Source: Dimorphilus gyrociliatus (lineage: Eukaryota; Animalia; Annelida). From it: 64,000 bases of DNA. Position numbers and translations under genes: made by a program. The notes below the pieces were generated by a model. It worked only from the letters and a program-made list of their open reading frames with translations. It had not been told where the DNA came from and did no database searches. Of the stretch, positions 11,028 to 25,300 are shown in pieces. Numbering within the stretch: position 1 is the first letter of the stretch; every line of letters starts with the position of its first letter. The stretch spans positions 412,964 to 476,963 of the forward strand of contig CAJFCJ010000026.1 in the NCBI GenBank assembly GCA_904063045.1, read 5' to 3'.

Positions 11028-13786
11028 ATAGATGGCGACAGTGGTCACCAGTTCAAAAACTGGTAAAAGATGTATGATTTGTTTATATAGATGAAATAAT
11101 GGATACTTGGAGAGATAAAGAAAAATAAAAGGAATACAATATTATATTGGTTTGATGACTTACAATTGGATAAGAGAGAAAGGAATGGAATAAACAGTGA
11201 AATAGATTTTTAACTATAATTCCATTCATTGGAAAATTAGACTGGTTTCAAATAGAAATTACATTTCTTCAAATAAAAAAAACAAAAAGATATTGTATCT
11301 TCTTGATAAAATTTTATCATAATGATCATCTTCTTTTCAGAAAGTTTTTCTCTTGTTGAAGATTGTCAAATCAAAATTTTCAAGTAAATTTTGAAAGAAA
11401 ATACAAATCTTAATCATTAATTAAGAAATATGTTGTCCTATTGTCAAAGTCATTCTTAAGTATGAATGATATGAAGAGGATATCCTGGCATTAGCATAGT
11501 CAAGTACATATACTTGCTATATTGAGTACACTTAATGGGTTTCAATATAGTTTTCTCACCTAAAGTACTATTTATATACTCTTTCAAATATAATCAACAA
11601 CCAATCATCCCTTCTTTCTAATATAAACTGGTTCCTTACCTTATCATTAATATTTTCCCCCTATAGACGGCAGCACTTGACGGTTTAGAATAATGTTTGA
11701 AATCATACTTTAAATGGATTATAATGGATAATATAATATTTTTTTTATAGAGTTTGATAGATTTTTGCAGAATGGAACAACACACCATATTAATTGTGTA
11801 ATTTGAGTTAGTGATTGATTGGATGATGAATAATCATTTGTCCCTCAATTATCGCCCTCTATCGGATATAAAATGCGACGAGAAGAAGATGAGAATTCAT
11901 TAGTCGACGATCTCTCGTCGAAGTAACATCAACTTTTCCATCTAATCGGAAAGATTGATCAATTGATTGATTTAATGAAAGAGCCATTACGGGAAACTTA
12001 TTGATAGATGATTACTATCATCTTTTTCTTCTATGAAATTTTATTAATGTGATGATAAAACGTTACTTTTTTTTTATCCAACGACTTCAATTCTGAATCA
12101 CGAAGATAAAAAGAAAATATCCGCTAAATTCTTAATATCTAATGGAATGTTCTTTCAAAAAAAAAAACGTTCGAATGGATATTCACATAGCTCGTCGTTG
12201 CGGCAGAACGTTGAATTAAAAAAAAAATTCAAAGATATTAAGATTCTTATCATTATCTTCATTTTTGGAAAAGATCTGATAAAGAAAAAGTCTTTAACCT
12301 TCTATTCTTTAAGTCCAAATGATGATAATGGAAGTTAATTATCTTGAGGTGGTGACACAATTTTTCATACACCCTACATTTTAATTTTGAACAAATAACA
12401 AACAAACTCGTGAAATGAAGAAATGATGATTTTATGCATTCAACATTTCTCTCTCTCCCTCTCTCTCTTCCCTATCCCTTTATCATTTCTCTCGAAAATT
12501 GTTTATAAATCAATCAATCAATTAATCATTAACTTCAAAACATTCTTAATAGAACGACAGAATTTTAGAAACGTTCCATAGAATCGAACGTTCTTTTTTT
12601 TTTTAAGGAACATTCCATTTTTACATATTCTTCTTCTAAGGGAGAAAGGAATATTGTTAAAACATTTAAGAAAGAGAGAGAGAGAGAGAGAGGATCGATA
12701 TGATATTCATCATTCAGAAAATCCAAACTATAAAGAGGATATTCGATGCTTTTGTTGCATTTCGCACGTTTTCGAATCGAGGGGAAATCATGAATTTGGA
12801 TAGAAAAATAATAAGTCTTTATCTTTTTCTTAAGAAAAGATAAAGAATTTTATCTAATCATCATTTTAATATCAGAGTATTCTTTTTTTTTTTCTAATAG
12901 TTAAAATTCTAACAAATCAAGCGAACCATCGGAAACTTTTCGTTTCTAAGAAGATATTAAATTAATGGAATTTATCAAAAATTTTCAGACTGTCCGGGTC
13001 CAGCGAAAGGATTATCGTCTTTTTCAAAAATAGTTATATTTCGAATTGGTTTGATGACTCCATTAATCAGGATATAGTATGCAAAATTATATTCTTCGGC
13101 GGCTTGTTCCGTTCGAAGAGTGACCATGATATGATAAGGAACGCTCTATTTATTTAACTTGGTTTCTAATCTAGACGGCGACACTATATATTTATCGTTA
13201 GACTGGTTTGTGGGAGGGGGGCTTAATAATTTTATTATTTGAAAATAATACACTTCCCAATTTAAACTGTAGATGGCGATACTGCAGGATAAAGAAGAAG
13301 ATGATATTTCCCCAAATATAAAACAAGCAATTATCTCCGGAGCTAATCTTTATACAATCTTCTTGCAGGGATGCGCTATGTGAATATCCTTTGAACGGAC
13401 AAAAAAAAAAGTGGTTCCAGGAAAGACACAAATTACAGGGAACCACTTTTTTGCAGAATGAGAATGAAAAAAATTGTCATAGAGCGATAATTCGAGATTT
13501 TAATTTTTTGCAAGACCAGGATGATTATCTCTATGAAGAAGATAAATCTTTGAATCATCCAGGAATGATAAGGATTGCAATATTGTGCTTAGAAAAGCCA
13601 GACTTAGACACAAAGGATCATCTGCATCTTTTCATTGATTCTTTACTCCTTATCTCCAGATTATCCTTAATCATCTACTTTTCATATCTATATTTATGAT
13701 GGAATATTATGATATTGTAAACAATAACAAATATTTTTTATCTAGTCACGTGACATATATTTTTTTCTTAAATAGATGGCGACACT
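11028..13786. promoter_or_regulatory. Cluster of six CTCF-like sites in a motif-free island
   Basis: tagatggcgaca 11029, tagacggcagcac 11664, tagagggcgat (minus, 11851-11862), tagacggcgacac 13172, tagatggcgatac 13270, tagatggcgacact 13773; match invertebrate CTCF core TAGRYGGCR. Confidence 0.55.
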
Positions 13787-14739
13787 AGTCGAGCAACAAC
13801 AAAAACTGGTAGAGACTTTGCTATATTATGTTGGCAATCTCAAAAAGTTAGTGTAACAGGATTTAAGGACTAATTCATTTCCCTATCCTCATTCTTATTC
13901 TGTTTTTGTCCTTAGTTCTAATCTTGATGATTTTTACAGGAACCAGTCTAAATCTTTATCTTTTTCCAAATTTTTAATCCTAATTAGAACTAAAAAAAAT
14001 GGAATAAGAAATTATAGGCTTATCTAAATGATAAAACCTGGTAAAGTTTTTTAAAATAGACAGTTTTGTCAAATGAAAAAAAATCCTGATTAAACAGTAA
14101 TATTTGTGATAGATATAAACTGCTAGCTGATTGGAAATTTATGCCTTACCAAAAAGCATTTTAATACATGTACTCTTTCTAGACTGGTTCATTCATTGTC
14201 TGCAGTGTTGAACTGAAACCAGGTGTTTTTCTTTTCAATTTTTTACATTTAATACTTTTAAAGACTGGTTCTCTGTTCTATCACACAGTTTACCATCATC
14301 CTCAATATTAAGTCAGAAAATTTTCCACTTTTATGATTGTAAAGAACCAAATCTCACAAAAGACAGGCTTTGCTTTATTTTGAATAAATTACAAAGTTCC
14401 TTCAGTTGTTTTGAAAGTCTATTGAGCGATAAACGAGTGTAAAAGAATTTGAAATAATTTTTAAATACTTTTTTTTTTGGTTGCTATTTATCTTTTTTTG
14501 TAACAACATTGAAACATTGAAAGGTTCTTTGGTATGGTTTCCGTCCCTCACTAAAAATCATACACACTGATTTTAAATTTATTTTAATATGGTTCCTATC
14601 CACCCCAAAATTACAATTGGAAATTAATATTAAATCTATCTATCTATCTATCTTTCAAAAATACCAATGTTAAAACCTTTCCAAACAGGACATTTTTTGA
14701 AAGATTATAAAGGTGAAGGTCAACAGATTTTGAAAAGGG

Positions 14740-14930
14740 TAACACCATGAAGAAATTAATAACTTTACCCTCCTCTGATAGAATCACCATTTAAGACTAT
14801 TAAAAAAATATGTTATATTTAAAAGAAATCCCTATTGGAGTATATAAAAATCAGAGATGTGGTTTGAATATACTGAGGCTATAAGGACCAATAATGATTA
14901 TCAAGGTCTGGAAAAATCTTCACTCTAATT
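14740..14930 (+). pseudogene. Short MULE C-terminal remnant
   Basis: Nucleotide similarity to 44810-45000 (catttaagactatta..ctattggagta..gaggctataaggac.aataatgat). Confidence 0.6.
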
Positions 14931-15989
14931 CTGCTTTCTATTATCTTATCTTAACTCAAACTAAAAAGAGAAGCAGATCTGACAAAATTATTTATAAATA
15001 ATTGCTGAGTCAAATGAAAAGAGCTCATGAGAACAATTTCAAATTGCTTCAATCACAACACCTTCACCAGTCTAAATTATATTTTTTCTTTTAATGTTGT
15101 TTTACACTATTGTCATTCATTTATATTACTACTCTTTTTGTTTCTTTGACCTTGGCAATAAATCAATATTCAAATATTTGTAAATCATGAAACAATCTTA
15201 AAAAGTATGGTTTTCCCCAAATCCATTCAAAAAAAAAATCCACCATCATATATTTCAAAAAATGATTTTTTAATGTTGACAGGAACCACATTAGAATATA
15301 TTTTAAGCTTTTTTGAGGAAGAATGGGACAGCAGCCACTTTTACATAACAACTTTTAGTGTATAAAAAAAAATGACAAAATTTTTGGTAAGTTTTAAAGG
15401 TGAAGGTTAAATGATTAAAACATGTTTCCAAGTCATCAAATAATAAATTATGCTTTTTTTTACATAGACAATGAATATCAAAAATTTTCACTATCCTTTA
15501 ATGAAATTCTAGTGTGGTTTCTATCCAAAACTAAAAAATACTATAATTAATAAATACCAGTTTATATTCATTAGCTGAGACATTCATAATGTGGTCCCTA
15601 TCCAAACCGAAATGTGGTTGCTATTCAAAAGTCAAAATAATTTTCTAGTTGTTGTTTTTGTTCTTACAACTTAAAAGACACATTGAAAACTCAAAGTGAG
15701 TATTCAAAGTGTTTATCTTACACTAAAAGTTTGGTTAGTCAATTATAGAAATTGATAAGGTGCGTGGTAACAACTACAAATGAAAATCATACTTGGATGG
15801 ATTTTTTTTTGCAGGGCACAGGAACCACTCTAGAGATTTGCTTAAAATTCTTTAAAGCCATTTGAAAAACATGTACTTTTAAAGATATATTTCATGGTCT
15901 AGGAACCAATCTAAAATCATTTAGGTTGAAAAAATCTTAGGCAAAATAAGATAGTGAAAGATATTTATTATAGTGTGGTTCGTTTTCCC

Positions 15990-16643
15990 CTTCAAAAACA
16001 ATGTCATTCGTTATACCCAAGCTGATTCAACTGTTGTAAATAGTATGGATTGTAATAATTTTATAGAGGATTCATTTGAAGTGAATGAGGAAGAAAAAGC
16101 AGATCAAAATGAAAAATTCACACTTCTTCATGGAGGAAGCCAGAGAGGCAAAGACATTCTATCACATGATGGATTTGCTTTTAATATAAAGAAAAGAAGT
16201 GAGAATTTGGAGATATATATATCAATAATTTTGTCTCAAGTCATATAAGTCATATATAAGATTATGGAATGCTTTATCATCTGTTTATCCTAATGTACCA
16301 ATTCAAGGATGTGTTTTCCATTGGACACAAGCAGTTTTCAGAAAAATCCAAGTAATATATTATATATATATTTTTAGAATTTGGGATATGCAACTGAATA
16401 TAAAACTAGGCTGACCTCTAACAATATAATGAGAAATTTATTGGCTCTTCCTTTTCTTCCTTCTGAAGTAATAACCCATATTTTTTTCATCTTTAAAAGA
16501 AGAAGCTTTTCAGAAAAATATATATAAAGATTTGTATGAATATACAGAAAATAACTGGATTAGAAAGCTGGTCTGTTTTTGGAATGAGTATTCACACAAA
16601 TAATGATGTTGATTTTTCCCAGGGACTAGTTTTCCCTGACCCC
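15990..16643 (+). mobile_element. Internally deleted FLYWCH-MULE remnant with right TIR-like end
   Basis: KFTLLHGGSQRGKDILSHDGFAFNIKKR; WNALSSVYPNVPIQGCVFHWTQAVFRKIQ; ..ALPFLPSE; ends ttttccctgacccc (revcomp GGGGTCAGGGAAAA). Confidence 0.8.
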
Positions 16644-17304
16644 TTAAGTTAATCTAAACCACATCAAGGAAACGTTCGAAGAAAATAAATGTGTTTATTT
16701 ATTATAGTGTGGTTACGTGTCCACCCTTTAGTGAAATACACATTAAAACTATTTTGTGTAAAATGTTTTCAGAAAACTTTTTATATTTAGTATGGTTCCG
16801 TCCCCTGTTCCATTCAAAAAACTAACTTGACAATGATTTCCATTAAATTGGACGGGAACCATATTAATATACACTTCAGAAAATTCTTTATCACTTATTC
16901 TTCAATTTGATTTTCAAACAGGACAGGAACCCTACTACAATTTTGAAGAAAGAGAAAGCTACATTACATACCATACTAAAATTCACTTCTTTAAACAATT
17001 TTGTTTTTTGACCAATAACTAGTATGTAAGTCGTTTTTTAATGAGACCTGGAACCATACTAGAGGACTTGTAATTACCTGTGAAGTACTTAATTCTTAAT
17101 TCAAATAGTGCGGTTCTTGTCCGTTCTTCAAAAAGCACATATAAATTATATTTTCGTCTGGCTCCTATTCCCACATTTTTGTAATAATAATAGCACATTT
17201 TATTTGTGTATTAGTGTGGAAAAAAAATACTATAAAACATTGTTCTATGGTGTTTTTTGGAGCGACGATACGGACCAGTCTATTCTAAAATTTAAAAGTT
17301 GTTT

Positions 17305-19677
17305 AGCTATGGAACCATATTAGATAATTCTACAACATTTTATAAATGATTCATGGATCTGTAAAGATTTAAAAAAAGAAACATGTTATTTTCCATGACG
17401 GGAACCATACTACAAAACTTTTCCTTTCAGAAAATTGTTTTTTGGAAAAAGACAGAGACCATATTATGAAAAATTTAAAAGAAACAAATTTTTAAAACAG
17501 AACCATACTATCAGTTCAAATTGCACTCTGATCACTCAAACACATTTTTAATGTTTAGTATGATTCCTATCACAATCAAACAATAATAAATCTCTTTGTT
17601 TTGAAAAATATATTTTACCAATGTAAAATAATATGGTTCCTATTCCTTAAATTAAGAGATTATTAAAAGTTTTTATATGCTAGTGTTTTTTTATGATCAT
17701 TTTATAATTTTAACATGTATATACTAAATTAAATTTAGTATGGTTCGAAATTTAAAACAAAACACATAATGTTTTAAGCAATTTAGAAGATTGTTAAAAA
17801 AAATTATTAATATGGTTCTTATTCCCTCTTCTATAATCTGCATTTTAATTCCATCTTAGAATTTTTCAGTATGGTTCCTATTCCCACCTCTCAAAAAATG
17901 TAAGGTACTCACAACTCAGAAAAAACTTTAGTTTGGTTTTTTAATTGAGACAGGGAACCAAATTAAAAAAATATTAAGTGTAGTTATACTTTTAAAGTAT
18001 ATTTTTCGAAAAGAACGAAATACCGGATTAAACTACTGATCAGTGCTTTTTGCTGTAACTGGAACCTAACCGGAACCATACTAAGATACTTTTGTCAGGA
18101 TAGGCAGTAACATGAAAAAACAAATTTTAGATATTTTTGGTGCGGAATAGAAACCATATCATGAACTTGTCAAATTTTAAAAAATACTAACGAGAACCAG
18201 GTTAAAGTATAGAAAAGTTGCTTTTAAGATGAAAGAGTTTAGACTTTCAGCCATTTTCCTGCATATTTTAAATTTAGTATGGTTCTTGTACCTCTCAATA
18301 TACACTGGTTACACTGGTTTCGGCCATTTGGTTTCAAATTGTGTAACCCTTTTACTCTCATAATTTTTAAATATTTAAAATTTGATGAAGGTCAAGGTCG
18401 ACTTGTGTATTTTTTTCAATTTGTTAACAGTTAACCCTTTTAAACTAAAGCTAAATATTCTGTGCAGACGAACCAGACTAATGCACACTTTTTTTTATGT
18501 ATATTAGTAACCTTCACCTTTAATCACTTTTGTCAAGAAACAATTTTTTAAAACATATTTTCAAAGGGGTAAGATGAACCAGACTAAAATCACTTTTTTT
18601 CTCTTTTGGTAGCCATTTTGTTTATCATTGAAGATATATGTATGGTTATACTGCAAAGGCTACCTTAGATCTAGTGCATCTTCTAATTTCCATACAAAAC
18701 ATGACACAACTGATTAGATAATTTTTTATAAAAATCAATGTGGAAATACAAATGAAATTGATACTAATGGCTGTATCATGGAATTAAATGATGAGAAAAC
18801 TAAACATCTTCCAAGTCAACAAATCACTGAACAAAGCCAATTTTTACAGAAAGATTCAAGTAAAATAAGCATTTAAGGTGCAGACATATTAACGTGGTTC
18901 CTGTCCCAAAAAAAATATTTTAATAAAGTAATAAAAGGTTAAAAATAAAAATAAAATACTGTCACACATTGATGTATGATATTTTTTGGAATGAGGATAA
19001 GAACCACATTAGTTTAAAATTTGAAAGTTGTTCTGTTCATAAATTTTTTCTTTTATGATATAATTATGGAGTAAAGAATCTACAACTTATCAAACTCACA
19101 ATTATACATTATCTACAATTCCTTTATTTATGGAACCATACTAGATAATTCTACCACATATTATAAATTATCCATGATGTTAAGATATAAATAAAAACAT
19201 TTCCTTTTTAAATGACGGGAACCATACTAAAAAACTTTTTCTTTCAAAAAATAGTTTTTTAAAAAAGGCACAGACCATATTACAATGAATTTTAAAAAAA
19301 ACAAATTTTTAAAACTTTTGTTCTTTGCAATGTGTATTTTAACAGGCGGACATGAACCATACTATCAGTTCCAATTCCACTCTGATCACTCAAACACATT
19401 TTTTATTAACTTCAGAAAAAGTAATTTAGTGTGGTTCCTATCACAATCTAACACTAATAAAGGTCTTTGTTATCAAAAATTTATTTTATCATCCTTTTTT
19501 TTTCAATGTAAAATAATATGGTTCCTATTCCTTAAATAAATAGATCATTAAAATTTTTTATATCCTATTGTGCTATTTAATTGTCATTTTTTAATTTTAA
19601 TGTAGAAAAAATTTTATTTAATATGGTTCCAAATTTAAAACAAAACACATCATAGTGTTTTAACCAATTTATAAGAA
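17305..19677 (+). repeat. Diverged ~500-bp direct duplication of a motif-array segment (17305-17790 vs 19128-19677)
   Basis: Shared collinear strings, e.g. gacgggaaccatacta, gaaccatactatcagttc, ctctgatcactcaaacacattttt, aataatatggttcctattccttaaat. Confidence 0.85.
18600..18870 (+). pseudogene. Heavily deleted copy of the 43.7-kb MULE
   Basis: gtagccattttgtttatcatt..tactgcaaaggctacctt (cf. 43640-43780) joined to cagaaagattcaagta (cf. 44673). Confidence 0.65.
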
Positions 19678-20029
19678 GGGGAACCACACTACTTTATTAC
19701 TTTTTGGTTAAAGGTGAAGATTAATAATGATGAAGGGCGTTTTGGTATTGAATATTTGAGGTGGAGTTTGAGAGATATAGACAACCATGACATTAGGATA
19801 CTTTAAGCATTGTTTCATATTTAGTAGACTTAATTTTTTGTAAATGGTATGTATTTTTTCTATCAAATATTTTTTTGTTGTTGTGGGACTGGAACCATAT
19901 TAGAATGTTTTTATTGGTTCTTTTTGGACAAAGCTGAAAGTTTATGTTATAGAATATTTCATATATATATATTTCAATGATAAAAACATAAGGCACTTGC
20001 AAGACTAGCCAGCCCAGAGTCCTGACTTG

Positions 20030-21130
20030 AAAATTTTACTCTTCATTCTTTGATGCCATCCCTCACAATCATCATTGGTTCTAATTGATAAATCAAAAAT
20101 TGACCAATTATTTTGTTTCCACTATTTATTTTCCATGCAATGTGTTTTGAAGTATTGTAAGAGATCCAAGAACTTATTTTTTTCAAAAAGCTCTTTGTTT
20201 AAGCTGTCAAATGTTGGTTGAATAATATGTGGTGTCAAAAAGGGGAGTGCCATCAATATTTCTTCACATAGGCAACAGCCTTTTCAAAAATTCAAGTTAT
20301 TCAATGTCCCATATACTTTATATGAATATAAATTACCTGTATTTTCCTATATACTGCTTGTGTGAAATGAAACACACAACCTTGATTCTCAGTTCTTTCT
20401 CCACTTTCACAAATATCTTTCTGAAGAAATTCATCAGGTAAAAATGTTGTGTTCAAATTGAAATTATACACTTTTGGTTCAACTGGCCTAAATTTTTGTC
20501 TTTTTGAGTTTGCCATTCTTTTTCAGTTATTGATATCAGGAAGACATTTAGCATTGGGTTCATATGATAAAAGAACTTTTTGAGCAAAGCTTCTTCCAAA
20601 TGTTTTCTTATCACTTTTGGAAATAATTTTGAAATCTGTTTTTACTTTAACATCTACTTCTAAATTATCTCTTCTTTTGTGATTATGTTGCAGATTGCCA
20701 TTAATCATTTTGTCTTACTCATCTTTTCTTCTTATTTCTCACACTGCACACCCAAATTGTAGTTGTAAGTCTTTCATGTTTAACAACAAATGTCATGTCC
20801 CTTTCTCCTCACTCTCTTTACAATCTCAAAATTCTTCTTTCTGATTGAATCACTATCATCTTTTGCATTTCCCTCAACTTCTTCCAAACATTCCAGCTCC
20901 ATTGAGTGGCTAGCTGAATTTACAGGATTTTTATGCTCCAAAGTTGAATCTTTATATTCATCTGCTTAAAAGATTTAGAAATTTACCTCTGTAAAATATA
21001 TTAAGAAGCACTTTGTCCAAAATTAATACAGGAAATATAAAACTGACTTTTTCAAGTATATGCCTTCCAAAGTGAAAGTTTGTTTCTACCACTTCCACTT
21101 TTGAAATGGCTGCCACTACACTTTTCAACA
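20030..21130 (-). mobile_element. Inverted MULE remnant, same subfamily as 7089-8152
   Basis: ORF 20523-20708 nearly identical to 7638-7844; minus strand gives RQKFRPVEPK..FLPDEFLQ..GCVFHFTQAVYRKIQ. Confidence 0.85.
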
Positions 21131-22340
21131 ACAATTTAGTTTTTTATGAAAAATCCATAAAAATAATAAAGAAATAAAAGGGTTCGCACCCTTAACCTGG
21201 TTCTTATTCCCTCTTCTAAAATTCACATTTCAATTCCATCTTAGAATTTTTCAGTATGGTTCCTATCCCACCTCTCAAAAAATTTAAGGTACTCACAACT
21301 CAGAAAAAACTGTGGTGTGGTTTTTTAATTGAGACAGGGAACCAACTTGAAAAAATTAAAAGTTTAGCTATACTAACCGGAACCATACTAAGATACTTTT
21401 GTCAGGATAGGAGTAACATGAAAAAACAAATCTTAGATATTTTTGGTGCGGAGTAGAAACCACATCACGAATTTCTTGTCAAATATAAAAAAAACACTAA
21501 CCATGCTAAAGTATAGATAAGATAAGAGTTGACATTCAAGCATTTTCCTTCATATTTTTAATTTAGTATGGTTCTTGTACCTCTCAATAAAAACAGGCGA
21601 ACCAGACTAATGCACACTTTAACCTTCACCTTTAATGGCTTTTGTCAAAAAATACCTGTATACTTAACACGAACCACATTAACTGAGTGTGTTGTGCAAA
21701 TTTTTGTAAAAACTTGTAAAGTCGAATACATTTCAAATTTAGAATTTTAATTTATTTTAGAAAGGAACAAGAGCCACACTAGACACATGAACTTTTTTTA
21801 GATGGAACATGAACCACACTAAAACATTGAATTAATATTGGATTACTTTGAAAATTAAAAAGATAAATTTTTAAAATATATTTTCAAGGGGTAAGATGAA
21901 CCAGACTAAAATCTTTTGTTTTGTTAGACAGGAAAGGAAACCACACTAGAATACATTTTTAACAAACTATAGTTGAATAAATCATTTTTGGTAGCCATTT
22001 TGAAATGCAGACAAGAAACAGTTCTAGAATCTTCAATGTTTTTCATGTGAAAAAGTGAATATTGTGCACATTTCATTTACAATCCTATAGAAATATTGGC
22101 AACTTAGGATATATTTCTCTATTAAAAACCATCAAAGAAAACATGACTTTAGAACTAGTATTTTTTTTTATGGCAGCCATTTTGTTTATCATTACTATTA
22201 ATTTTATAAATTTTTCAACATGAAGGGAGAATAACAGAATCATGAGAAATGTCACCTTTGCTATCATTTATTTAAAAGTTTCAGTTTTTTGTTACTATCC
22301 TAAGGAGGAACCAGTCTATATAAATTTTAAAGTGTGAATT

Positions 22341-22386
22341 CTAGTGTGGTTCTAATTCCATAATGTGGAATGGGGAACCACACTAG
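22341..22386. other. Hairpin made of two inverted motif copies
   Basis: ctagtgtggttc-taattcca-taatg-tggaatggg-gaaccacactag: 12-bp perfect outer stem plus attcca/tggaat inner stem. Confidence 0.75.
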
Positions 22387-25300
22387 AGCCCAATTTTAAA
22401 TGTAAATATTTTTTTCAAAAATAATATAGCGAATGGAAACCATACTAAATTTTCTTTTGTATGTTTCGGTTTTTAGGAAAACTATTTAAAAAATTTTCAA
22501 GGCTTTTTGGAAGAGAACCATACTAAAAATTATTTTTTTAGACATTTTCTTTTCAACGAGAGCGAATTTTTTATTTTCTGAATATGTACCATACTACAAC
22601 GTTTCAAAATAAGTTGTTTTTTACAGGGAACCATACTATTAAAAAGTGGATTTTTTTAGTGAAGGAAGTAGAAGGTAAATAACATAAAATTCTGACGTGG
22701 TTCCCTCATCCAAAAAGAAATACACTTAAAAATATTTTAGTGTGGTTTCCGGCTTTTATAAAAATTTAAACCAAAAATTTTTCAATACTTTATTTAGTGT
22801 GGTTCTCCTCTTCCGAAAACCTAACAAAAAAAACTAAATTTATAAAATGTATTCTATTGTGGTTCAGTAATGCATTTGAGTATTCTATCCTAGTATGGTT
22901 CGTATTCGTTTCCATTTGTTCTGTTTTTTAGACAACAAAAAAATGTAAGTGGTTCCCTTTAGAAATTTTTTTAAAATTTTATAACAATTTTTTTTATTAG
23001 CAGGGGACCATGCTAATATAGAACCTATGGTATTTTAGAAATTTTTAAATGTCTACCTCAATAAAATTTAAAATGTGGTTCCCGTCCGCTTTTTAAGAGA
23101 GAAAAAAATATATTTTACCCATTTTCATCTTTAAACAATTAATGTTTTGAAAAATATCATTAAGTAAAAAATTTTTCAAATTATCATAACAACAGATTGG
23201 ACAAAATTATCTATACAATTTTATAAAGAAATCACTTTTAAAAATTAATTTACAACAAATAGCATTGAGTTTAATTTAACCAAGAGCCATATTATGAGTA
23301 TTCACTCATAAAAACATACTTTTTGGACAAGAACCACACTAAAATCATTTTTATAAAATAAACCAGATTTTTTATAAAAAACCAAATCACCTACCTGGCA
23401 CCCTGCTGAAATATTTGTTATAAAAATTAAAAATTAATAAAAACCTATTACCCACAGAAAAGAGAAACCACACTAGATACAATTCTGAAACCTTGATCTT
23501 CAAATTAGACTGGTTTTAAAGTAAAACTATATACTTAATGTGGTGGTTGGTCCCAAACAAAAATTGTAGACTAGTATTACTTTTCTAATTGTCACAAATT
23601 TTAGAAATAGTTGGTCTGGCTCCTGTTCAAAACTAGAAATATATTTAAAACTTTAACAGTTTCTACCTAATATGATCAACTGGTTCCGCACGAAACTAAA
23701 GCAAAAAAAATTATATCCTTGAAATAAAAAAAATAGTATGGTTACAACTTTTTTCATGTGGTAATGTGGTTCCCCTTTCACTTTCAACAAGTAGACTTTC
23801 TAAAGAGGGGGCGGGAACTACATTTTAAAACTGTCTTTAAAATTTTTAAAGCATGGTTCCAGTTTAAAAAAAGATAAGTTTTGTAAGTACAATTTTTTAA
23901 ATTTTTTAGTGTGGTTCCGGTCTGTTTTTAAAAAACATACTAACTCTGGTCGTTATTTTTAACTTACTACATTTTTAGTGTGCTACCAGTTTTTCTCCTA
24001 AAAAAGTATGGTTTCTTTTTATAATAAAATAAATATTCTATAGGGAGCGGTTATTATCATAATAGAATATTTAAGGTGAAGGTCAATTGATGAAAGGATG
24101 ACGCAATGTCATAGTTGTGAGGGAATATAAAGAGTGTCGGTTGGATAAAAGTTAAAGCGAGCAATCGCTGATTGATTGAAAACAACTTTTGTTCTTGGAA
24201 ACTGGTAGACAAAAATTAGTAAAATATTGCAAGTTTGTGCGTTTGGAATCATGAAAAGTATTTTTTTTAGTAAAAGAAAAATACAAAATGATAAATAATG
24301 ATCCTTTATCATTTGATCTAAACTGGTTTCCAGTTCTTTTCCTTTATTGTTTCACTGTGGTTAAAACTGACAAAAATATTAATTATGCTGGTTACATTGT
24401 CTAGAAGAATAAATGTTTTTTATAAAAGAGTAATTTTGAACTAGTATGGTTTGTAGGTAAAATTTATTGTAGATAACGTAGACTGGTTCCAGACGAAAGT
24501 CCTTGTCATGAATATTCAAAGTAAAATATTTTATTAGACTGGTTAATAAAAGCGTTGCCCAAAAAAAAAGTTTTTTTAGACTGGTTCTCAACTGGTTTTT
24601 TTTAGCCAGTCTAACTCCAATCCTATAAAAACGGAGACGAGCGAGGAAACTAATCATTCGGGTTTGAACTGGTGAAGTGAAAATTTCACTTTTAAGTTGG
24701 TTCAAACAAATATTAAAACCTGTGAAGAGAAATCTATTACTGTCTCCAATGGTTACATCAACCTAAATAAATTTTTTTATGAATAAATTATTCAAATTCT
24801 TGATGAATATACTAAAGAAATTATCTGATGAATAAATTATTCAAATTCATTATTTAACCTTGAAAATTCGGTAAGAAACATGAAATTGTGTGTTTTTCGA
24901 GTAGAACCATAAACAAATTTAATATGGTTCCAGGTGTTACACTATCAAAAACATTAAACTGGTTCCTTTCTATTCAAGAACAAGAGGCATAAATTTGTCA
25001 TATCTTCTTCACCCAAAACCTTTTGAAATATTTAGTGTGGTTGCGGATCCCACAACAAATTTTAACTGGAGTATTAAATATAAATTTTGTGGTTCCTATT
25101 CCAACTTCATTTAGTATAATCTGGCAGGGTTCCATATGTTTTGAAAACACTATTCAACATGTATTCTAGTATGGTCTCCCTTCCATTTAAAACCATGATT
25201 TTTTATTAAAACATTCTCAAAAGTTTTTGTTTGTTTTTTTTGAGGAACGGGAACCACACTAAACAGGTTTCTTAATGTATTGTTTTATATGCCCTCTCTC

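Larger units (their letters stand above)
17810..22190 (+). repeat. Direct duplication of a motif-array segment (17810-18620 vs 21195-22190)
   Basis: Shared strings ttccatcttagaatttttcagtatggttccta, aaggtactcacaactcagaaaaaac, ggaaccatactaagatacttttgtcaggatagg, ggggtaagatgaaccagactaaaatc. Confidence 0.85.
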
